A stretch of DNA of 64,000 nucleotides from a virus. Its lineage: Duplodnaviria > Caudoviricetes. Made by a program: the position numbers and the translations under genes. The DNA lies in IMG/VR virus record IMGVR_UViG_2882238243_000002, positions 32,001 through 96,000 of that record, one strand, 5' to 3'. Positions 10,170-18,544 of this stretch are shown in pieces. The notes beneath the pieces are model-generated. The model saw nothing but the letters and a program-made list of their open reading frames with translations, did no database searches and was not told where the DNA came from. Position 1 is the stretch's first letter; the number at the start of each line of letters is the position of its first letter.

Positions 10170-11573
10170 TTAAAGTAAATTTGTTACATAAATAAAATAA
10201 TCAATACTAGTCACTGAAGTTCCTTTGTTATTAAATTTAATATGTATGCTTTCACTATTATCTTTATCTTCGCATGGAGTATTAGCAATATCTTGTATCG
10301 ATGATGCTTCCAAACTTTCATAGATAATTAATCCATCGGTACTTTTATTGTAAATTTCGACAGATATATTTTCATTTGAAGAATTACTAATATATAATGT
10401 ACGGATATCGTACTTATTAAATCCCGTATTTAAGTGTAAAAACGAACTGTCACCCGCAGCAACAGTCACCTGTCCTGATATTTCCTTTAACTGTGGCACG
10501 CCACCACCTCCTCCTACATTATCCCAATAACTAGCATCTGTTTCAAATGATGTACTTGACAAATGGTTTGTGTTACATCTCTTTGTGGTATTATTTATCC
10601 ATACTAAATCACCAATGATATAACTTGTTGTCGATTGCCATTCTAAAACAGCCATTCTTAAGCTAGGCTTATTTGTCAAATCATTGTAATTTCCACTAAA
10701 ATGTTTGTTCCAGCTCTGTATCATTTCAGTAGTAATGGTTTCGAGAAGTGGAAGATTGCCGTGAGTATGCAATTCTTCATGTGTATGATTTGTATTTGAT
10801 TTTTCATTCAAGGCTGATTGTAATTGAGAAGTTGTAATATACTCTTGTAAATCAATATTTGTACTTCCGAGGTTAGCCCAACTATTACTTATGTACATAT
10901 ATTGATTATATACAGACTCTCCGGCAGACATTAAATAAATAGTGGTAGGAGATATGTCTATAGTTGGTAATTCTTCAACTATTAAGGTTGTAAGTTTATT
11001 AATATTACTTACAAGATTAGTTACTTCATTTTTTGTATATACTTCATTTTTTGAATAATAATTAAGAAGATTAGTTACCGTATTTTTGATAAAGTTTTCA
11101 TCATTGGTTAGCTGAGACAATGCAGTTGGAATAGTAGGTATATCAGTCAAATCATTAAAGCTTATGATTGTATTAGGCACAGCAACATAGCCAGTGTCGT
11201 AATCACCGATAAACCATCGTCCAGTAGTATCGTCAATACGAGGAGTAGTACCAGCTTCGCCACGTTCCCCCTTAATTGTCGACAATGAACCAACCGGTAT
11301 GGTATTACCATTTGATAAAATAGCAGTTATATTATTGTCTTCTGAAATGTTCATAGAAACAACATAAATGCCGTCTTGTCCCTTAGTTCCCTTTATAGAT
11401 TCTAACCAATCAGACTCAGTTCCCTCAAATCCATTTAAAACGGCTATTTCATAAGCGGATTTTCCGTTTTCTCCTGGATCTCCTTTTATGGCACCACCAC
11501 CCACCATTGTCTCTTCAACAAAAGACTTAGTGAATGATTTGGTTAAAGATGAACCAATAAAATCTATTGCCAT
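10170..11573 (-). CDS. Collagen-repeat virion protein with carbohydrate-binding-like module
   Basis: GDPGENGKSAYEIAV, GERGEAG, FSGNYNDLTNKP repeat, WQSTTSYIIGDLV (CBM5/12-like); ATG 11573 with GGAGG RBS. Confidence 0.6.
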   Translation of the reverse strand: MAIDFIGSSLTKSFTKSFVEETMVGGGAIKGDPGENGKSAYEIAVLNGFEGTESDWLESIKGTKGQDGIYVVSMNISEDNNITAILSNGNTIPVGSLSTIKGERGEAGTTPRIDDTTGRWFIGDYDTGYVAVPNTIISFNDLTDIPTIPTALSQLTNDENFIKNTVTNLLNYYSKNEVYTKNEVTNLVSNINKLTTLIVEELPTIDISPTTIYLMSAGESVYNQYMYISNSWANLGSTNIDLQEYITTSQLQSALNEKSNTNHTHEELHTHGNLPLLETITTEMIQSWNKHFSGNYNDLTNKPSLRMAVLEWQSTTSYIIGDLVWINNTTKRCNTNHLSSTSFETDASYWDNVGGGGGVPQLKEISGQVTVAAGDSSFLHLNTGFNKYDIRTLYISNSSNENISVEIYNKSTDGLIIYESLEASSIQDIANTPCEDKDNSESIHIKFNNKGTSVTSIDYFIYVTNLL

Positions 11574-11575
11574 TT

Positions 11576-11815
11576 TTACACCTCCGATAAATTTTTCCAA
11601 CCGAAGCCGAAAAGCATATATACCATAATTCCTCCGCCTACGTTGCCAACAACACAAGTTGAACCCATTGGTGCAAATTGCTGATAAGAATTAAACGCCC
11701 CTTTTCCTCTTGACGTAGTTGTGGGCAAATCATTTATTTCTTCTTCTGTATCACAAACAAATTCCATTAGTCCAACGGTTGATTTGTCTCCGTATCTAAT
11801 ACATGTTCCTGCCAT
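11576..11815 (-). CDS. Small hypothetical phage protein
   Basis: MAGTCIRYG... start after GAGG RBS; the longer ORF-track call overlaps the tRNA-Ser. Confidence 0.6.
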   Translation of the reverse strand: MAGTCIRYGDKSTVGLMEFVCDTEEEINDLPTTTSRGKGAFNSYQQFAPMGSTCVVGNVGGGIMVYMLFGFGWKNLSEV

Positions 11816-11913
11816 TTTGTTTCCTCGCTTTCTTTTGTGTATTGTCGATTTTTGACATAAATAAAACCGACAATCATAACTTGAAAGTCGGATAAATAGT
11901 TGCTTATTTTCTA

Positions 11914-12000
11914 AGGAAAGGGTGAGATTCGAACTCACGGTGGTTTTACCCACTCCTGTTTTCAAGACAGGCGCAACAAACCAAGCTCTGTCATATTTTC
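11914..12000 (-). tRNA. tRNA-Ser(TGA), probably degenerate
   Basis: Anticodon arm CCTGT-CTTGAAA-ACAGG, long variable arm, T arm GTGAG-TTCGAAT-CTCAC; acceptor GAAAATA/CCTTTCC has 3 mismatches. Confidence 0.7.
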
Positions 12001-12190
12001 ATTTTATGTCAGCGTGAAGCATTGTAATTAGCTGATTTCGGCGTGTACTTTGCCAGTTTTGAATCCACATAATGGAAACTGCTTAATGTCTTTACTCGGT
12101 GAAAAAACTTTAAAGAGACAATGTAATATTTGCCACTTTATACAAAACTCACAAGCCAAGTTTTAATCCTGTATAATAATGCTTCTATGA

Positions 12191-12415
12191 TTAACTAAAT
12201 GTAATATCAATCGAAGCGGTTACATCACTTACAATTCTAATAGAATCTGTCGGATATTCTTTATATAATTCTAATAATACAGATTCTAATTCCTCTAAAT
12301 CATCGGTTTCGAAGATGGTAGTGGTAGAGCTTGACTCTGTTGTAGATGTAATCTTGTAATATTCCCAAAGATTCTTATTTTGGGTGCCATATTTCATAAG
12401 AATGTTGTATTTCAT
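12191..12415 (-). CDS. Hypothetical protein
   Basis: 74 aa, AAGGGAG RBS. Confidence 0.6.
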   Translation of the reverse strand: MKYNILMKYGTQNKNLWEYYKITSTTESSSTTTIFETDDLEELESVLLELYKEYPTDSIRIVSDVTASIDITFS

Positions 12416-12449
12416 TATTTATTCTCCCTTTCAATCATTTTTCTGTTAA

Positions 12450-12524
12450 TGGGCATAATAGGATTTGAACCTATGACTCATCGCTTAAAAGGCGATTACT
12501 CTAACCAAACTGAGTTATATACCC
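12450..12524 (-). tRNA. tRNA-Lys(TTT)
   Basis: Full cloverleaf: GGGTATA/TATGCCC, ACTC/GAGT D stem, ATCGC-CTTTTAA-GCGAT, ATAGG-TTCAAAT-CCTAT. Confidence 0.92.
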
Positions 12525-12532
12525 ATGAAAAA

Positions 12533-12557
12533 TAGGAGAGTACTGACGACTCTCCTA
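12533..12557 (-). terminator. Rho-independent terminator-like hairpin
   Basis: TAGGAGAGT...ACTCTCCTA followed by a T run on the - strand. Confidence 0.55.
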
Positions 12558-12866
12558 GGAATTCCGTGGTTGTCATGTTATTTTAGAAGGTGACTAGACC
12601 TTTAGGCTCCACTGGCACGTTATTACCTACGATTTTAAGCTATTCACTGCTTTTTTAATAAATTATCCAACCACAATTGGACAAATAGACCTTGAACCAC
12701 GCAGGTTATCAAGGTACGATCACTTATTATTATTGGCTGCTTTACGCTCCATTATGCCCATAGGATTGACCACATTTAATCTAACTTCCCACGCACGTCA
12801 GAACCAATAATGTTATATATTATTGCTTATATGTATATATTCTCCGTTTGAAATTTGGAATTCAAA

Positions 12867-13820
12867 TTAAATAATTACATTATCTTTTAGTTTTCTTACT
12901 TTAGACGTATCGGTTTTGATGTAAAATTTCTTAGTTACATCGGTTCCGGCGTGGTTCAACATAGTAGAAACATCCTCTAAGCTGATACCAGAATTTTTAA
13001 GCAATGTAGCATACGAATGGCGAAAATCATGAGGATGTAGCGTAGGAACTGCAATCATATTTCCAATTTTCTTACACCATTCATTCAAAGTCCCATCTTG
13101 AATAGGCTTATCTTCCCTCACATACGGAGTGATAAATAACCAACCGTAATCATTTATATTATTTTCTTTACGATAGTCTATAAGTTTTTCTAAACATTCT
13201 TTTGTTTCCACACTAAATGATAATTCAACTAACTTTCCCTCTTTTTCAAGTACATTAGAACAAATACGTTCTTCCAAGTTAACTTGATCCCATCTTAAAT
13301 TTGCAACAGCATGAACTCTTGCCATTGTAGTTAAAGATAGAAAAGCATACGTTTGTAACTGAACATCACCATATTCCTCAAGCTTTTCACGCATTAATTG
13401 TACTTGTTCTTTTGTAAGATATGTTTGAACAGCTATAGGTTGTCCTGCTTTCGGTCTGTCTATAAATTCGACAGGGGATTCTTTAATAATTTTCTTTTTT
13501 CGAAGGAATTTATAAAACGCTGATATAGAAGACATAACTCGCTTTTGTCGATTTACGTTATTGCCCTGTTGCTTTCGCCAATAATAGTATTCGGTAATAT
13601 CGTCTTCTGATGCTTCAGTAGCGGATAGATTGAACTGCGTATCATGCATAAATATAAACCATTGCTTTAAATCTGAGTTATATGCATCAATAGAATTCTG
13701 TGATAAATCTCGAATTGACATATCTACCTGATATTTCTGAAATAATTTCAATGTTTCTGGATTAATATTTTTAAGTTTTTCTTCATCGTGCATTTTAATT
13801 CGTTTACTACGTTCTGCCAT
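12867..13820 (-). CDS. Tyrosine recombinase/integrase
   Basis: N-terminal SAM-like domain; catalytic R (TMAR), K (EKEG), HDFRH, LNH, Y (KFY). Confidence 0.9.
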   Translation of the reverse strand: MAERSKRIKMHDEEKLKNINPETLKLFQKYQVDMSIRDLSQNSIDAYNSDLKQWFIFMHDTQFNLSATEASEDDITEYYYWRKQQGNNVNRQKRVMSSISAFYKFLRKKKIIKESPVEFIDRPKAGQPIAVQTYLTKEQVQLMREKLEEYGDVQLQTYAFLSLTTMARVHAVANLRWDQVNLEERICSNVLEKEGKLVELSFSVETKECLEKLIDYRKENNINDYGWLFITPYVREDKPIQDGTLNEWCKKIGNMIAVPTLHPHDFRHSYATLLKNSGISLEDVSTMLNHAGTDVTKKFYIKTDTSKVRKLKDNVII

Positions 13821-13908
13821 TTTGTCACTTCCTTTCCGTCCATTTACTAACCAGCCTCATTTACTGGTAGGTAGCTACTTTCACCGCCCACATATTCTCT
13901 AAAATAAA

Positions 13909-14685
13909 TTACGCTACTTCCTTAAAATACTCTAACAACTTCTTTGTAAGCCAAATTTGTCCTTTTCCGGATAATAGAGGGGTATAGGTTATGTATTTCT
14001 TACCATTTCTTTCATTTATATTTTCCTTGTATTTCATATATCCTGAATCTAGCATTTGTTGTGAAGGTTTATTTTTTAAATTGTAACTTGAACACAAATA
14101 TCCTTCATCTCTACACCAATCCATTATTTTGTTTCTACCAAAAGATATATTGCTGTTATTTTGAAACGTTCCAGCAAATTCGCCAAAATTTATACAATTT
14201 TCAGCGACCGCTATAGCATCATGAAATTCCTCTTTTGGTTTCATTCTTTCGTTATCAGCTATAAGTGGAGCAGTGGCAAGTTCTACTAATTTATTGTGGG
14301 CATTGACAACTTCTAAAGAATCTTTACTAAACAATTGTAATTTGAGTTTTTCTTCTTCTGAAAGGTAACTGCCTGCTTTTAATTTTTCTTCCATAACATT
14401 AAAAGCATTAATGTATTTTAATTTCCATTCTAATGCTTTCTTTCCTGTAAATCCCATAGCTAAAAGCGAAAATCCGTCACGATTAATATCAAAACATCTA
14501 TATTCTTTTCCACGATTTTTGTAGGTAGTTTCATAAAACATTTCGCTATCCAAATTTGGACAGCCAGATATCAAATTATCAATATCTCTTAATACGTGAT
14601 TGTGATTCTTTCCAAACTTTTCAGAAATGTCACGACTGCTTGCTAAAATTTCTCCATTTTTACTTTGTAAAACGATTTCATTCAT
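13909..14685 (-). CDS. Rha-family regulator fused to an antirepressor (KilAC/ANT-like) C-terminus
   Basis: SSRDISEKFGKNHNHVLRDI, RDGFSLLAMGFTGKKALEWKLKYINAFN; C-terminal GRNKIMDW...TPLLSGKGQIW. Confidence 0.88.
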   Translation of the reverse strand: MNEIVLQSKNGEILASSRDISEKFGKNHNHVLRDIDNLISGCPNLDSEMFYETTYKNRGKEYRCFDINRDGFSLLAMGFTGKKALEWKLKYINAFNVMEEKLKAGSYLSEEEKLKLQLFSKDSLEVVNAHNKLVELATAPLIADNERMKPKEEFHDAIAVAENCINFGEFAGTFQNNSNISFGRNKIMDWCRDEGYLCSSYNLKNKPSQQMLDSGYMKYKENINERNGKKYITYTPLLSGKGQIWLTKKLLEYFKEVA

Positions 14686-15037
14686 AAATAACTTTCTCCT
14701 TTTATTTTATATCTGTGTGGTTATTCCCACATATTTTTTAATAAAAGGAGAGGATTTATTACTGTCTCACGACATGTACCTCTCCATGATGTAATCAACA
14801 TTTCGCTGATTACTTGATAGATGGAGGCTCGGTGTTCTCCGAGAAGGTATCCTTTTGTGCAATTAGGAACGTACCCTAATATTCGTTTGCACAAGTGAAC
14901 CGCCCACGCCAATGGAAACGGTCATTTTGTGTTAATTGATATTTAATCTGGCAGGAGAGTAATCTCTCTAATGAGTTATTCTCCAAACAAAAAGAAGATT
15001 GCGCTATAACACACAATCTTCCTATAAATTACATTTA

Positions 15038-15631
15038 TTATTTTCGTCTACCATATAATCCGCATAGCAAATCATCAAACTTATATATCTCGTCTAACAT
15101 ATCTTCGAGATAGTCCTTGCTCTTTAATATAGTAGAAAACATAATCATCCAATCGGTAAAATTATCAAGTCCGTCGCTTAGCTTGTTATTTAATGTGTTT
15201 GATAATGTATTACAATTACATTTTTCACACCCACATTCGTAATCTTCATCAACTTCTTCACCAATCTCAAACGCATAAACTATATCACTTTTTACATATG
15301 GAATTATCTTAGAATTGCATTCGTTGGAAATATATGTAATTGTAGAAGCCTCGACAACATAGTTATTATTTCTTTTAAATTTTTCACACCAGATTCCGTC
15401 AAAATTAAGAGAAATTACGTACTCGTCCCAATAATCTTCAAATTCTTCACGATGAATATCTATGGATGCAATATCATATCCGAAACAGATTAATCCTTTA
15501 ATGATTTCTCTTGCTTCTTCGTATTTTGCAATGATTGATAAATCACTATAATTCTCTTTATTTAAAGATTCAAATTTGTCTGCAATATCACAGCACAGTT
15601 CTTCTACATTCTCAAAATATAATGTTTTCAA
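15038..15631 (-). CDS. Hypothetical phage protein
   Basis: 197 aa, TTG start with GGTGGTG RBS. Confidence 0.65.
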   Translation of the reverse strand: MKTLYFENVEELCCDIADKFESLNKENYSDLSIIAKYEEAREIIKGLICFGYDIASIDIHREEFEDYWDEYVISLNFDGIWCEKFKRNNNYVVEASTITYISNECNSKIIPYVKSDIVYAFEIGEEVDEDYECGCEKCNCNTLSNTLNNKLSDGLDNFTDWMIMFSTILKSKDYLEDMLDEIYKFDDLLCGLYGRRK

Positions 15632-15652
15632 ATAAATTCACCACCAATCAGA

Positions 15653-15937
15653 TTAAGCCAACTGCTTGGCAGTTTTACTCATCTTAAACGTAATCTCATC
15701 ATGCTCAGGAACACAGTACTCTTCGCCCTTGCGTTCGCCTAACATAATCTTTCCGGTTCTTTCAGGAACATTTTTTACTTTAAATGCACCAAGATTACCA
15801 AGTGCAACCTTTTCATCTTTGTTTTCTGCTAAAGTTTCAGTAACAACATCAATGTATGCTGATAATACTGCCTCGACATCTTTTCTTGAAATTTCCACCT
15901 TTTCTGATACTGCTTTTAATAATTCGTTCTTTACCAT
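15653..15937 (-). CDS. HU-family DNA-binding protein
   Basis: MVKNELLKAVSEKVEISRKDVE...VALGNLGAFKV...FKMSK. Confidence 0.9.
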   Translation of the reverse strand: MVKNELLKAVSEKVEISRKDVEAVLSAYIDVVTETLAENKDEKVALGNLGAFKVKNVPERTGKIMLGERKGEEYCVPEHDEITFKMSKTAKQLA

Positions 15938-16254
15938 ATATTTTAAATCTCCTTAAATTCTTTAATTTATTTTTTTAATAAAATAGAAGAGTAGTACAAA
16001 CCATTCTTCATAGATAAGCACACGACGCCTACAACATCTGTACTTTGCAGCAATAGTTTTTTCTTGTGTCATTGCTGAATTGTCCACATTATTTAGTAGG
16101 AATTTTCTTTTCGGCTAATCCTAACTGCCATATTACGTAATTATGCATTGCCGTAATCAGAAGGCTCATGGACTCAGGTTTGGTCAACGCTACTATAATC
16201 CATTTTTCGCATAATAATAGCCAATCTACTTGTGATTGACTTATTGTTGTTAAT

Positions 16255-17439
16255 CTAATGTAGTTCTATCGGACAATAAGCCCTTACACCTTTATTAGTA
16301 CAAATACAAACCATTTGACTAGGTTTGCCCGTTAAACGTTTCTCGATGGTATAAGAGTCACCACATCCAGCCAAAGAGCCACCACGAATCATTTTTACAC
16401 TGTTTGTTTCATCAACAGAGCAAGTGTGCATATGTCCAAATGTGATTGCGTAAGGTAAAAAACCTAAACTCATACATAGACTTGAAACTCCAGATTTACT
16501 AAAAGCATCGTAGTCACCATGTACCCCGATATATGTTTTTCCTCGAATGGATATGTCAGATATACCAGTATCTAAATTTCTCTTAAGCACATGAAAATTT
16601 TCAATATGTTTCAATGATAATTCCACGCCCCAACTAATCACATCATCAAGTCTCTCGTCGTGAATAGAATCGTCTTTTCTGTCCATACGAGAGTGATTGC
16701 CGCTAACATTGGACATGAATACTGTCTGAAAACATTTTGTTAATTCATAACAAAAAGATGATATTAATTCTGTCGCTATTTTTATCTGCTCAATTACATT
16801 TTCTCTATTTGTGACTTGTATTGACTTATGAATATTTCCTGAAATAAGGTCACCTTGGCAAGAAACATAGCATTTTTCAGAATTGTGCAGTTTTTGAATT
16901 GCAATAACTTCGTTCAATAACTGATTTAACCTTCTTTTAGCTACGTCAGAATTATATTCTCCAAAAAAAGAGGAAAATGTTTGTCCAATATGTAAATCAC
17001 TCAAAATAATTAAAATGTCATTGTCTGAGTCGATAGTTACTTTTTCGTGAGTTTCAAAATTTGCATTACCTAAAGAAAGCAATTCATCTTCGAGTTTATC
17101 TAGTTTTTGTTCAACTCTAGCATCAATATAATTTTGCTTTTGCCATGCATTTCTTTCATCTCTGAACTTAATTTTTTCCCGTTCCAAATTTCGCCTTTGA
17201 ATTTCAAATTCTTTTAATTGATTATCTGACTCTATAAATTTGGTTTTGTTTGCATTAAGCATTTTTTCAAAAGCTTGATACTGCTTCCTGAATTTCGATT
17301 CTGTAAATACTGTGTTTAAAAGATTATTTAAAATATTAGCAACTTCTTGCCAAGATCCTATAACTTCTTTATTAGAACAAATTCTATATATTAATTCTTC
17401 ATCTGATTCATTCTCTAATCTTTTTAAGTCAATTCCGAT
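16255..17439 (-). CDS. Calcineurin-like metallophosphoesterase (YonJ-like); probable non-AUG start
   Basis: SDLHIG, GDLISG, GNH, HGD, GHMH motifs; frame stays open 59 codons upstream of ATG 17262 to ATC 17439/ATT 17433 behind a GGGCGGTG RBS. Confidence 0.8.
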   Translation of the reverse strand: MGIDLKRLENESDEELIYRICSNKEVIGSWQEVANILNNLLNTVFTESKFRKQYQAFEKMLNANKTKFIESDNQLKEFEIQRRNLEREKIKFRDERNAWQKQNYIDARVEQKLDKLEDELLSLGNANFETHEKVTIDSDNDILIILSDLHIGQTFSSFFGEYNSDVAKRRLNQLLNEVIAIQKLHNSEKCYVSCQGDLISGNIHKSIQVTNRENVIEQIKIATELISSFCYELTKCFQTVFMSNVSGNHSRMDRKDDSIHDERLDDVISWGVELSLKHIENFHVLKRNLDTGISDISIRGKTYIGVHGDYDAFSKSGVSSLCMSLGFLPYAITFGHMHTCSVDETNSVKMIRGGSLAGCGDSYTIEKRLTGKPSQMVCICTNKGVRAYCPIELH

Positions 17440-17453
17440 AAGTCACACCGCCC

Positions 17454-17669
17454 TTACTCATTTGATAAATCAGAAGTATCCGCAATTTCTTCTTCCGTCT
17501 TTTCTTTCATGGAAACATCAATGTGCTTGCCTGCAAATTTCTTGTAAAAATCAGCAAGGTGTTTAATTTCTCCGTCTAAATCCATTGTTAATCCATCTTC
17601 GGATACGATACCTGATAACTTAATTTCTTCGGTAGTTGTTACTTTATGTACAATTGCATTCTTTGCCAT
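17454..17669 (-). CDS. YonK-like small protein
   Basis: Size, acidic C-terminus (FAGKHIDVSMKEKTEEE) and position before the YonJ-like gene. Confidence 0.55.
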   Translation of the reverse strand: MAKNAIVHKVTTTEEIKLSGIVSEDGLTMDLDGEIKHLADFYKKFAGKHIDVSMKEKTEEEIADTSDLSNE

Positions 17670-17742
17670 ATTATAAAATCTCCTTTTCATTACTAAATTT
17701 GAGCATAAAAATAGAAGAGTAGTGTCTACTCTCCAAATTAAT

Positions 17743-17925
17743 TTACATTACCTGTTTAACAATATTTGATTTTCGAATCTTATTTAGATCAATCATACCT
17801 TTTCTGGATTCGGTAAAATAATACTTTTTGTATCTGGTGTAAGTATGATGTAGATCACCTTCATTTCCAAACGAATAACCTAACTTCTGTAACTCAACAC
17901 TTTCTGATTTTGTAATCTGAATTAT
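17743..17925 (-). CDS. Small hypothetical protein, probable ATA/ATT start
   Basis: IIQITKSESVELQKLG... behind GAAGGT RBS; the longer ORF call runs into the tRNA. Confidence 0.5.
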   Translation of the reverse strand: MIQITKSESVELQKLGYSFGNEGDLHHTYTRYKKYYFTESRKGMIDLNKIRKSNIVKQVM

Positions 17926-17969
17926 GAAAAAACCTTCTTTCTTGTTTTGTATTCCGTAAAATACGGTAA

Positions 17970-18043
17970 TTGGGCATGAGTGATTTGAACACTCGACATC
18001 CTGATCCCAAATCAGGTGCTCTGCCAAACTGAGCCAATGCCCA
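17970..18043 (-). tRNA. tRNA-Pro(TGG), second copy
   Basis: TGGGCAT/ATGCCCA acceptor, GCTC/GAGC D stem, CCTGA-TTTGGGA-TCAGG, GAGTG-TTCAAAT-CACTC. Confidence 0.9.
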
Positions 18044-18256
18044 TAAAAATACCAATGACAACACTACCAGAACGGTAATGTTGCCATCGGCTTGAAAGGA
18101 AATAAGATTATTATTAATCACTTTTATATTCTCTTCCTATGGTTCCCTTATTTTTAAAAGAGGAAAAATCACGGGAGTTACCCGTATAGCATATGGAAGT
18201 ATCCCATATTTTTTAGATGGGTCGGTTTTCTCAAAAAGTAACTTTTCAGTAACTAT

Positions 18257-18544
18257 TTAATGTTTATATGTATTTTTAACTCTGGTTTTTATAGTATTCG
18301 ATATGGAAAAAGAGGGATATATAACGCCTGCTATTGTTTTTTCTTTCACGCCAAATAAATTTTTGTACGTAGTTTCTTTTCTTGATTTCGTTTTATAAAC
18401 ACCTAGTCCGGGCACGTCAACACTTTCTCCATTAATTAAACTTTCAATAATTAGGTTAGAAGAAACATTATACATCTCCTCCACAGCATAGTTAGAAAAT
18501 CTTCCTCTCTTTGCAACTTCCTTGATAAATTCATTTTTTGTCAA
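18257..18544 (-). CDS. HU/IHF-like DNA-binding protein
   Basis: MTKNEFIKEVAKR...GESVDVPGLGVY...PSF; adjacent to the RNAP, as yonN is to yonO in SPbeta. Confidence 0.8.
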   Translation of the reverse strand: MTKNEFIKEVAKRGRFSNYAVEEMYNVSSNLIIESLINGESVDVPGLGVYKTKSRKETTYKNLFGVKEKTIAGVIYPSFSISNTIKTRVKNTYKH

